A stretch of 64,000 nt of DNA. It comes from Candidatus Bathyarchaeota archaeon. Its GTDB lineage: Archaea; Thermoproteota; Bathyarchaeia; Bathyarchaeales; Bathycorpusculaceae. Shown here one piece after another: positions 10,310-18,301 of this stretch (its first letter is position 1; each line of letters opens with the position of its first letter). The translations under genes and the position numbers were made by a program. Below the pieces are notes generated by a model. That model ran no database searches and was not told the origin of the DNA. It saw nothing but the letters and a program-made list of their open reading frames with translations. The stretch spans positions 1,728,001 to 1,792,000 of the forward strand of contig OY970176.1 of NCBI GenBank assembly GCA_963707955.1, given 5' to 3'.

Positions 10310-10877
10310 AGGCCGCGTCATATTCTTTGCAACGAACAACGTTAACAAGTTCGATGAAGCCCGCCGGGTCCTAGCCGAATACAACGTAGCCGTTGGCATG
10401 CTAAGAGTGAAGTCGCTTGAGATTCAAAGTGAACGCCTCGAAGACATTGCCAAAGCAAGCGTCTTGAATGCTTTTGACAAATGTCGTCTGCCAATCATAG
10501 TGGAGGATGCCGGCTTGTTTATAGACGCTCTGAATGGTTTTCCAGGCCCCTACGCCGCTTACACGTACAAAACCGTTGGAAACCAAGGTCTGTTGAGACT
10601 GATGAAGAACGTCAAAGCCAGAAGGGCACACTTTGAGTCCGCGGTTGCATACTTCTCAGCGGAGCTGCAGTCGCCGGTCTGTTTTCACGGCGAAGTGATC
10701 GGAGAAATAGCGGATGAAGAGAAAAGGGGAAGCGGCAGGTCTGGCTTCGGTTTCGACCCGATCTTCAAGCCGCTGAGTAGCAGTAAGACTTTCGCTGAGA
10801 TGGGCATCACGGAGAAGAACGAGCATTCGCATAGGGCAAGAGCTTTACGAAAATTCGCAGAGTGGTACAAGAGCTAG
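10272..10877 (+). CDS. rdgB: Non-canonical purine NTP pyrophosphatase (RdgB/HAM1, dITP/XTPase)
   Basis: FATNN..K, VEDAGL..ALNGFPGPY, GFGFDPIF, SHRARA. Confidence 0.93.
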   Translation: MSRRGNRKSLQLKGRVIFFATNNVNKFDEARRVLAEYNVAVGMLRVKSLEIQSERLEDIAKASVLNAFDKCRLPIIVEDAGLFIDALNGFPGPYAAYTYKTVGNQGLLRLMKNVKARRAHFESAVAYFSAELQSPVCFHGEVIGEIADEEKRGSGRSGFGFDPIFKPLSSSKTFAEMGITEKNEHSHRARALRKFAEWYKS

Positions 10878-10878
10878 A

Positions 10879-11346
10879 GTGCTTCAGCCTCAGCCAGCGC
10901 GCGCGCCTACGCACGTCTGCATAAGTATTGACCCAGCAGCGGACTACGCCACAAGGTTCGTGCAGTACAACGCACACGAGTGCACGCTAGATGAGGCTCT
11001 TGAGGCGCTCAGAACGAGCCATGGAGGCGGGCTGGTGCATATGGCTTACACGATGAAAGGCGAGGATCGTGTTTCATTAGTCTGTAGTTGCTGCCCCTGC
11101 TGTTGCCACACGTTGGGCGGGCTTTTGCGCCACGGCATAGCCACTCAAGTTCTAACGTCCCGATTCATCGCGGAGCAAGACTATGACAGATGCAAAGCGT
11201 GCCGCAAGTGTGCGGACCGATGCGTTTTCGGAGCCCGAGACTTCATAGAAGGCAGACTTCAGTATGACCATTCCAAGTGCTTTGGCTGCGGCCTCTGCGT
11301 CTCAACCTGTCCTACAAGCGCGATAACTCTTGCGCCCCGACGATAG
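10879..11346 (+). CDS. 4Fe-4S dicluster ferredoxin-like protein, probably N-terminally truncated
   Basis: VCSCCPCCC plus CKACRKCADRC and CFGCGLCVSTCP. The start lacks an SD-like site and overlaps a (CG)5 tract. Confidence 0.7.
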   Translation: MLQPQPARAPTHVCISIDPAADYATRFVQYNAHECTLDEALEALRTSHGGGLVHMAYTMKGEDRVSLVCSCCPCCCHTLGGLLRHGIATQVLTSRFIAEQDYDRCKACRKCADRCVFGARDFIEGRLQYDHSKCFGCGLCVSTCPTSAITLAPRR

Positions 11347-11705
11347 CAGCTTTCGCCAGCACTTCCTGCATTTTGAGAACCCTGAAGAGTTCAACTTGAA
11401 GATAAACGGTTTCCTTTCGAAACAAACAGCATAGGCCTTTGAGCCCGCAAAATGTTGGTTGGTTGGGGTGAAGTTTTGTCCCAAACCCGAGGCTTTGATT
11501 CGGTGATTGCAACCTTGAATGGTTGTTGAAATTGTGTGATTTCTCTTATCGTGAGTTTCCTTTATCACTATGTCTTGAAGGGCTTTGGATATTCAAAAGG
11601 GATTAAAGATTTGCTGATACTCTAGTGCAGGGTAAATGTGCCCTATTCTTTCGTCTCAGCGCGCGGTATCGCGCTAGCACAAAGAAAAAAAGGATGGTGG
11701 TTGGT

Positions 11706-12209
11706 TTACTCCGCGAGTTTCTTTTTTAAGAATTCTCTTCGGTCTTTTCTGTTTAGTTTTTCGATTTCTGCTTTGTGTTTTTCGCGAATCAGTTTCAGCT
11801 TGCAATTGGTGTACAGCGCATCATACACGGGGCTTGCCTTAGCGATGGTTTCATAATCGTCTTTTGATACAATGCCAAAACCGGTCATAATGGCTTCCAT
11901 TCCTGCGGATTCGGCAGCCATCTCCATTTTGTCCGTGTCGGCAGCTCGGACGATTTTTGCCAACTCCAGGACTGCAGGATCCTTTACCTTATACTTGTCT
12001 ATAATAGCGTCGAAACTGCACTTGTCTCCGTGATGTCCGAGTTCGACTCCTGGCGCATCGTAGGGTATTGCCTTCTCTTTTTTGACGGTTTCTTCAATTT
12101 TTTCTACGGGAACGAAGAGGAATTCGGCTTTCGGGTCTATGAATCGTTTTATTAACCATGGGCATGCGGTTCTGTCCACGTGCACGAATAGTCTTGTTAC
12201 CCACTTCAT
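11706..12209 (-). CDS. ChrB-domain (chromate-resistance) protein
   Basis: MKWVTR..HVDRTACPWLIKRFIDPKAEFLFV, PYDAPGVELGH, CSFDA, LAKIVRAADT, YDALY; start reassigned to ATG at 12209. Confidence 0.85.
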   Translation of the reverse strand: MKWVTRLFVHVDRTACPWLIKRFIDPKAEFLFVPVEKIEETVKKEKAIPYDAPGVELGHHGDKCSFDAIIDKYKVKDPAVLELAKIVRAADTDKMEMAAESAGMEAIMTGFGIVSKDDYETIAKASPVYDALYTNCKLKLIREKHKAEIEKLNRKDRREFLKKKLAE

Positions 12210-12223
12210 GCTTTTCGTCAACA

Positions 12224-12433
12224 CTATTTGGCTTTCAATTCTTTGATGCGTTCCTGCACTGCTGCAAGCTCGTTCTTCAGTTCTTGTGCGTACTCTTCTA
12301 GTTTCTTGGTTTTCTCTTCTTTCGTTAGAAAGCGGCGAGTGAACTGCCCATATCCTTGATGGCCTTCGTGCCAACAATGCCTGCCATACCCATGGTGTTC
12401 TTCGCCATGTTCTTCACGCATACTTTTTTTCAC
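12224..12433 (-). CDS. Small protein with His/Gly-rich N-terminus and coiled-coil C-terminus
   Basis: EEHGEEHHGYGRHCWHEGH followed by RRFLTKEE..KLEEY...LKNEL; 14 nt upstream of the ChrB-like gene. Confidence 0.75.
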   Translation of the reverse strand: MKKSMREEHGEEHHGYGRHCWHEGHQGYGQFTRRFLTKEEKTKKLEEYAQELKNELAAVQERIKELKAK

Positions 12434-12521
12434 ACCCTCTTATGCAGATTAACTACTTATCACAGTAGAATATCTATTTGCATAAGTTTAACGTCAAGAT
12501 GAGTTCAAGCTGGTTTGCGGC

Positions 12522-13760
12522 ATGAATATTACGTCTGACAAAGTGGGAAAAGCCGTTTTTTGGACACTGTGCGTAATGGGAGTCTTTGCAATCCTTAGCT
12601 CGACAATGTCCAAGACTCTGCTTAACCCCTTTGCCATTACGCTGGGCACGCCTACTGATTGGTCAGGCTTTGTGGGTGCAGCTTCAACGATACCTGGCAT
12701 TCTGGTCAGTCTCCCTGCGTCTTCGCTTTCCGACATTTATGGCAGAAAGAAGTTCCTACTAGTATCAGGCTTCGTGTTTGCAACCGCACCTTTCTTCTAC
12801 CTTTTCATATCAACATGGTGGCAGCTCATACTCGTCAGGTTCTACCACGGGTTTGCAACTGCCATCTTCGTTCCCGTGGCCGAAGCTTCGATGGCCGAGT
12901 TGTTTCCGTCCCAGCGGGGGGAACGCATATCACTCTTCACGTCTGCAACGTACGTCGGCAGAAGCATCGCACCTTTCCTCGGCGGATACATACTGTTCAG
13001 CACCGCAAGTACTTCTGACCCTCTGTACAACTATCACGTCATGTACCTTGCAGTCGCAGCGGCTGGGCTGGCTGCCTTCGTCATGGCACTGCTGTTTCTA
13101 GCTGAGAGAAAGCCACCCATGGTCGCGGCGTCGAGAAAGCAAGATACTTTAAGGCGGATCTACGTTGGCTGGGGCGCTTTGGCCAAGAATCGTGCCGTGC
13201 TGACTGTCAGTTTTGTGCAAGCCAGCTTGTACTACTCATTCGGCGTAGTGGACTACTTTCTCTCTGGATACTTGAAGGATACACTGCATTTTGACTTCTT
13301 CTCGACGGCCGCTGTTTCGGGCAGCATAATCGTGCTTGCGATCTTCGTCAGAGCTTACATGGGAAGAGTCTCGGACAGAACGGGAAGACGGACACCGATA
13401 ATCGTTGGTCTATTAGTGTGTTCCGCCCCGCTGATAGCGTTGCCATACACTTCGGACCTTAGGATAATCTTGCTGCTCTCGCTCGTGTACGGGTTCGGCT
13501 TCGCTACGGCCACAGCATCCACGTGTCCTCTGATGACAGAGCTTGCTCCGAGCCAATTGGTTGGCACTTCAACGGGTTTTCTGGACACGATGATGGATGT
13601 GGGGCAGACAATTGGCCCTATAGTCGGCGGGTTCATCCTTGGAACGAGCTTTGGATACTTTGGCCTATTTCTGTCGCCCACTCTGGTCCTGCTCTCTGCT
13701 TGCCTAGTCTTTGTGCTGTCAGGAGTTGCGAATAGAAGAATCAACCGCGTTGAGGTCTAA
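12522..13760 (+). CDS. MFS transporter
   Basis: About 12 hydrophobic segments; motif A variants SLSDIYGRKK and GRVSDRTGRR. Confidence 0.92.
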   Translation: MNITSDKVGKAVFWTLCVMGVFAILSSTMSKTLLNPFAITLGTPTDWSGFVGAASTIPGILVSLPASSLSDIYGRKKFLLVSGFVFATAPFFYLFISTWWQLILVRFYHGFATAIFVPVAEASMAELFPSQRGERISLFTSATYVGRSIAPFLGGYILFSTASTSDPLYNYHVMYLAVAAAGLAAFVMALLFLAERKPPMVAASRKQDTLRRIYVGWGALAKNRAVLTVSFVQASLYYSFGVVDYFLSGYLKDTLHFDFFSTAAVSGSIIVLAIFVRAYMGRVSDRTGRRTPIIVGLLVCSAPLIALPYTSDLRIILLLSLVYGFGFATATASTCPLMTELAPSQLVGTSTGFLDTMMDVGQTIGPIVGGFILGTSFGYFGLFLSPTLVLLSACLVFVLSGVANRRINRVEV

Positions 13761-14076
13761 TGTAGAGCGCGCGTCTGGGACGATTGGGATAAGGAAGCTA
13801 TCAGACTTGACTTTGACGATGGGCACTTTAGAATAAAGCGCGCGCATTCTTCTCCAACGCACTCCGTGTTCATGTATGATGGTATAGGTATGGATGTATG
13901 TGTAGGTGTAGGAGAAGGAGTGAGCGTGGTCAGAGTGGAGCAGCTGGTCACAGAGTGGAGTAGGGACCCTAGGCAGTGGTTGAGCATGAAATATGACTTT
14001 ACTTTAAACCCAGACCCCAAAACAATTATTTAACAAGCCCGCGCCTTAATAAAAAAATGGAAATATTTGTTGGTTT

Positions 14077-14745
14077 TTAGACCCGTGTTGGCGTTGGCGG
14101 TGGAGGAGCCATTGTTGCTACAGGTTGTTCTGGTTGAGGTTTTATTTGGTAAAAGGCAATCGCAATCAATAGTATAGCGATCCACATTAGGAGGAAACCT
14201 ATGAGAATTATTGATAGAAATGCACCTATGAGTAGCAGTAGAGCTGCAGTTGAGAATAAACCTACGCTTGTTTTTGCTGAAAGAGTCTTTAGTGATCGTC
14301 TAGCAAAGAAAGCTGCAATTATAGCAAAAATCCACAATATAAATAATACTAAGAGTACTGATCCAACTATGGGCAAGACGTCACTTGTTTTTAAATTCGA
14401 GGTGGTTGGTGTTAACCCTGAGAGCGTTGACCACTTGCCGTCCCAAGTTGGAAAGATTTTGTGTAGGAAATCCGTTAGGATGGATGTGTAAAAAAACAGA
14501 TAAACGATTACTGCTCCTGCAATTACGATGCCTACTATGCCTGCGACTAAGCCGTATATGGAATTGTTGGTTATTCCGCTTTCCTTGTAATAGTCTGCAA
14601 AACCATGCAGAGCAACCAGAACGAGTATCAAGCCGACGAGTGCAATTATTCCCAGAAAAGGTTGACCGCCCGGTATTGGTATAAGTCCTATGAACATCAG
14701 TATTGCGCCTATGCCGCCTAAGTTCTTGCTTGATTCAAGATTCAT
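14077..14745 (-). CDS. DUF996-family membrane protein
   Basis: K.LGGIGAILM N-terminus, 'GLFSTAALLLLIGAFL.II.IG', Pro-rich tail. Confidence 0.75.
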   Translation of the reverse strand: MNLESSKNLGGIGAILMFIGLIPIPGGQPFLGIIALVGLILVLVALHGFADYYKESGITNNSIYGLVAGIVGIVIAGAVIVYLFFYTSILTDFLHKIFPTWDGKWSTLSGLTPTTSNLKTSDVLPIVGSVLLVLFILWIFAIIAAFFARRSLKTLSAKTSVGLFSTAALLLLIGAFLSIILIGFLLMWIAILLIAIAFYQIKPQPEQPVATMAPPPPTPTRV

Positions 14746-14795
14746 CGTTTTTTCCTCTAGTTTTTTGTCATCTTATTTAAAATAAAAGCTTTTTC

Positions 14796-14957
14796 ATGCC
14801 TTGGGTCAACGTAGATGAATCCATTTTCAACGACGTGAACGATGAGTTTCTTGTGAAAGTAGCATAGACATTAGAAGAGGCGACCAAATTACTTGAGGTC
14901 GACTTTGGATACGTGACTGAAATGGATGGAAAGATGCTGTTCAAGAAGAGGAAGTGA
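14796..14957 (+). pseudogene. Remnant resembling the C-terminus of a tyrosine recombinase/integrase
   Basis: Translates WVNVDESIFNDVNDEFLVKVA*TLEEATKLLEVDFGYVTEMDGKMLFKKRK*, with an in-frame TAG at 14865. This resembles the recalled 'EF.VKVA...EEA..LLEVGFEYV....G..LFRKRK' tail of Bathyarchaeia-type integrases. Confidence 0.6.
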
Positions 14958-14995
14958 ATGAAGGCGGCGGTCACTTTTGAAAAAGAATGGCTACT

Positions 14996-15003
14996 TTTAA
15001 ATA
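14996..15003 (+). promoter_or_regulatory. Putative TATA box of rps15
   Basis: TTTAAATA about 37 nt before the start. Confidence 0.55.
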
Positions 15004-15039
15004 TGCGTGCGCCCTCGCTGATACAGGTTCAAGGGATTA

Positions 15040-15483
15040 GTGATGCCCAAGCAGGAAAAGGGAAAGTCGCATCAGACGAGGCCTGTCGGCAAGCGGGCTC
15101 CGAGCTGGTGCAAGTATCAGCCTGAGGAAGTGGAGGCCCTCATCGTCAAGCTGGGCAAGGAGGGGCAATCGCCGAGCAGGATAGGGACGATCCTGAGGGA
15201 CCAGCATGCGATTCCCTTGTCGAAGCCGATAACCGGTAAGAGAGTTTTAGAGGTGCTCAAGGAGAACGAGCTGGCTCCATCATTACCTGAGGACTTGGCA
15301 AGTCTGCTTAACAAGGCTCACAGTCTGGGGCTTCACTTGGAGAAGAACAGGACCGACCTTTACAACAGAAGGGCGCTTCAGCTGATTGAAGCGAAGGTCC
15401 ACAAGCTCTCGAGGTATTATAAGCGTGAAGGTCTCTTGCCGCAGACGTGGAAGTACGAACCCAAAATAGCTTCAATAACCTGA
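15040..15483 (+). CDS. rps15: 30S ribosomal protein S15 (uS15, archaeal S15P/S13e)
   Basis: GKSHQTRP, SPSRIGTILRDQHAIP, LPEDL, LQLIEAKVHKLSRYYK. Confidence 0.96.
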   Translation: MMPKQEKGKSHQTRPVGKRAPSWCKYQPEEVEALIVKLGKEGQSPSRIGTILRDQHAIPLSKPITGKRVLEVLKENELAPSLPEDLASLLNKAHSLGLHLEKNRTDLYNRRALQLIEAKVHKLSRYYKREGLLPQTWKYEPKIASIT

Positions 15484-16423
15484 ACATCCCCGTTTTCCTA
15501 GCGTTTTCTAGCAGACATATCTGCTGGCGGCCTATGAAATGTGCAGTTTAAATCTTTAAATTCTCTCCTTTCAAAATCACTTTAGCCCGCTCACATTTAG
15601 AATGTTGTATTTTCCCATTTCAAATCTGTTCGAAGTGTCTTATCTCTCCATTTCCATTTTATAGAGAAGAAACTAAATTCTTCTCCGCGGTATGGACATG
15701 TTTTCTTAGTCATGTTTTCCACTATCGCGTGCGCTAAGCATGTACTAGTCGTCGTGGTCCCGGTCATGTGGAAACGTCGGATCATCGAACAGCATTAACC
15801 CGCCACTTCTAAGTCTTCTAGTCCTAGATCTTCTATCTCAGGTTCTTCCATGGCTTCCTGAAAACGGACTTTGCGCGCGCGACAGAGTTTTAAATAACAA
15901 CCGCAAAGAATATTGCGGAAGGTTGAGGGGGAAGGGCATATTTGTTTTCCCTTTCCTTTCTCCCGTTGCCTTTTTCCCTCTCCCTTCTCCTTCTCGTGCA
16001 ATCTTGACAATGAGGTTGCGCGCTATATGGCTTATGGAAGATAGTTCTAGAAGAATCATCTATTCAAGTCTAATTCAAGTTTACACAATGAGCGCGCGTT
16101 GTACCATCAAGAGCGCATACGGAGTGAGTGTCAGTGAGCGATGCGTTTCGATGACAATTCGCCAAAAGACGGTCAACTCTCTCCTTGATATGCTAATCCC
16201 ATGCGTTTCATGAATTCGCGCGCGATAAATCTGACCAGGATGAAGCTAATTGCGGCCGAAACGAACTTCGCTAGGGGCAAAGCCGTGCTAGCCATGTTTC
16301 TAAATAGACATGGTGACATAGTATCTTGTTTTCGCGCGCGTCAGACTCACGTATCGTGCAAAATACTTAAATAGCCCTAAGGATCCAATTGTATATTGCC
16401 AGACAAAGGGGAGAAAGGTAATT

Positions 16424-17934
16424 ATGAAGAGTCGTAAGACTGATGCTGTAGTATTGATTATCACCGTTATAATATTGGTAAGCACAATGGCAGTTTTTCG
16501 TGCCCATGGGGCATTCGCTCCTTGGCAAGGTTACGTTAAACCTGCATTCCCAGATTACGCTCCCAGCGGTATGCCGGATTTCGACGAGAAGCAGCCCCAG
16601 TTTACCACTGACGTAGGACACGTGCAATATTCTTGGTGTGTTCCAGTAGCTGTTGCAGATTCACTGTGGTGGCTTGACTCAGAAGGCGAATCAATAAACT
16701 ACTCGACTCCGGTACCTCCTCCAACGATTAGCGATCACTACAGCTTGGTAACTTCTTATGGTGGTTTGTGGGACGATCATGACCCCCAGAACGTTTTTGG
16801 ACTTGTCCCTGAATTGGCCGTGGACATGCACACAGATGGCATAGGAGTAGGCGGAGGCTATGTCGGGACGAGATACGCGGATATTCAGCCTGGGATTAAT
16901 ACCTACCTAACAAATCATGGTGTAGCCGGATTGTTCGAGGTTCATGGAGCGGATTTTGCCAACTTCAACTGGGTTGACCAACAGGTGGAGGCGTGTCAGG
17001 ACGTTGAGCTTTGTCTTGAATTCTGGTACTTCACCGGAAATGGTTGGCAACCGATTACAACACCAATCTTTGAATTGGGTCACTGCGTGACTTGCGCTGG
17101 CGTCAACTCCACAACAAGCCAAGTGCTTGTTAGCGACCCCTATTATAACGCCTTCGAAGCTGGTCTGGTTCCGGGACGCTCACCCGTCCCGCACGTAGAC
17201 ATCAGCACAAGTCTGACCACAACAATGCAACACTAGTGTCGCAAGATGCCTACAACGTGGTGCCATTCGTTTTTCCACCCGTGCTAACACCGCCTGGGTA
17301 CCCAGGGATGGTGTGGGAGTTGCAGAACTATCTGCAAATCAATGGCTTTACCATAGACCCGAACTGGCACGCTTTCATAAGAGGGGCGATTGCAACCTCA
17401 CCAATCCCAGTCCACGACGTAGCGGTCACGAACCTTACGACCTGCAAGGATGGATGTTTACCCTTTCGAACAGTTTCCCAAGGCTACACTGCACACGTGA
17501 ATGTGACTGTCGCCAACCACGGTAACGTGCCCGAGACTTTCAACGTAACTGCATACGCAAATGCCACTCTGATAGGCACCCAACAAGTCACCGGATTAGG
17601 TCCGACCAACATGTTTTCTCTCACGTATACATGGAACACAACTGGTTTCGCGCTTGGCAACTACACGTTGAGCGCCTACGCTTGGCCTGTTCTAGGAGAG
17701 ACGAACACGTCAAACAACAATTTCACAGACGGCGTAGTGGCAGTCACTATTCCAGGCGACGTTGACGGCAGCGGCAGAGTTGACATGGGCGACATAGTCA
17801 GCCTCTGCACGGCTTTTGGTTCAACACTCGGACAATCAAGGTACGTTGCAAACTGCGACATAGACGATAATCACAAAGTTGACATGGGCGACATAGTCAT
17901 CGCCTGCACCAACTTCGGACACCACTACCCATAG
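16424..17934 (+). pseudogene. Secreted papain-like (C39-like) cysteine peptidase + CARDB-like + dockerin, split by one frameshift near 17190-17215 (pseudogene or assembly error)
   Basis: ORFs 16424-17236 and 17236-17934 join via the -1 frame ...SDHNNATLVSQDAY. Signal peptide; putative triad WCVPVAVA / GHCVT / VSDPY; 'HDVAVTN' CARDB-like domain; dockerin ending HHYP. Confidence 0.75.
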
Positions 17935-18110
17935 CACGTACAATAACCGCGCAGAACAACATCCTGGATGCTACAACATTCGCTAACGTCTTCCTCGCTG
18001 CGCCTAGCAGTTCTAACTGGAACCCCAACGCGGACACAAACGGCGACGGCATCGTCGACATCTTGGACACAATGATCCTGTCAAACAACTTTCTAAAACA
18101 CTATCCATAA
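17935..18110 (+). pseudogene. Vestigial second dockerin of a different type after the stop codon
   Basis: Reads QNNILDATTFANVFLAAPSSSNWNPNADTNGDGIVDILDTMILSNNFLKHYP*; homologous to 8336-8513, including the junction. Confidence 0.8.
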
Positions 18111-18301
18111 CCCTTGGTGCCGACATGCGGGCGCGGATCGAAATTTCATGATTGGGAAGTATTCCCAGAGTGAGGCTGGCCACGACGTCCTTTTGCGACG
18201 CGCTCTAAGTCGTCCGCTAGTCCTTTCGTGACAAATATAGAAGTGTTAAAATTACAGATTTGATTAAATACTAAGTAGGGAGAAAGGGAGGAACGAGATG
18301 G

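Noticed and set aside
11350-11640. Protein-like text on the minus strand between the ferredoxin and ChrB-like genes
   Set aside because: Split across frames with no recognisable family, so it cannot be supported.
13870-14020. Minus-strand TPSPTPTHTSIPIP linker-like ORF
   Set aside because: Probably a relic of a Pro/Thr-linker gene; no start context or domain supports a call.
14865-14867. In-frame TAG as pyrrolysine recoding
   Set aside because: It lies in a truncated relic; no pyl genes or other convincing TAG read-through cases were seen.
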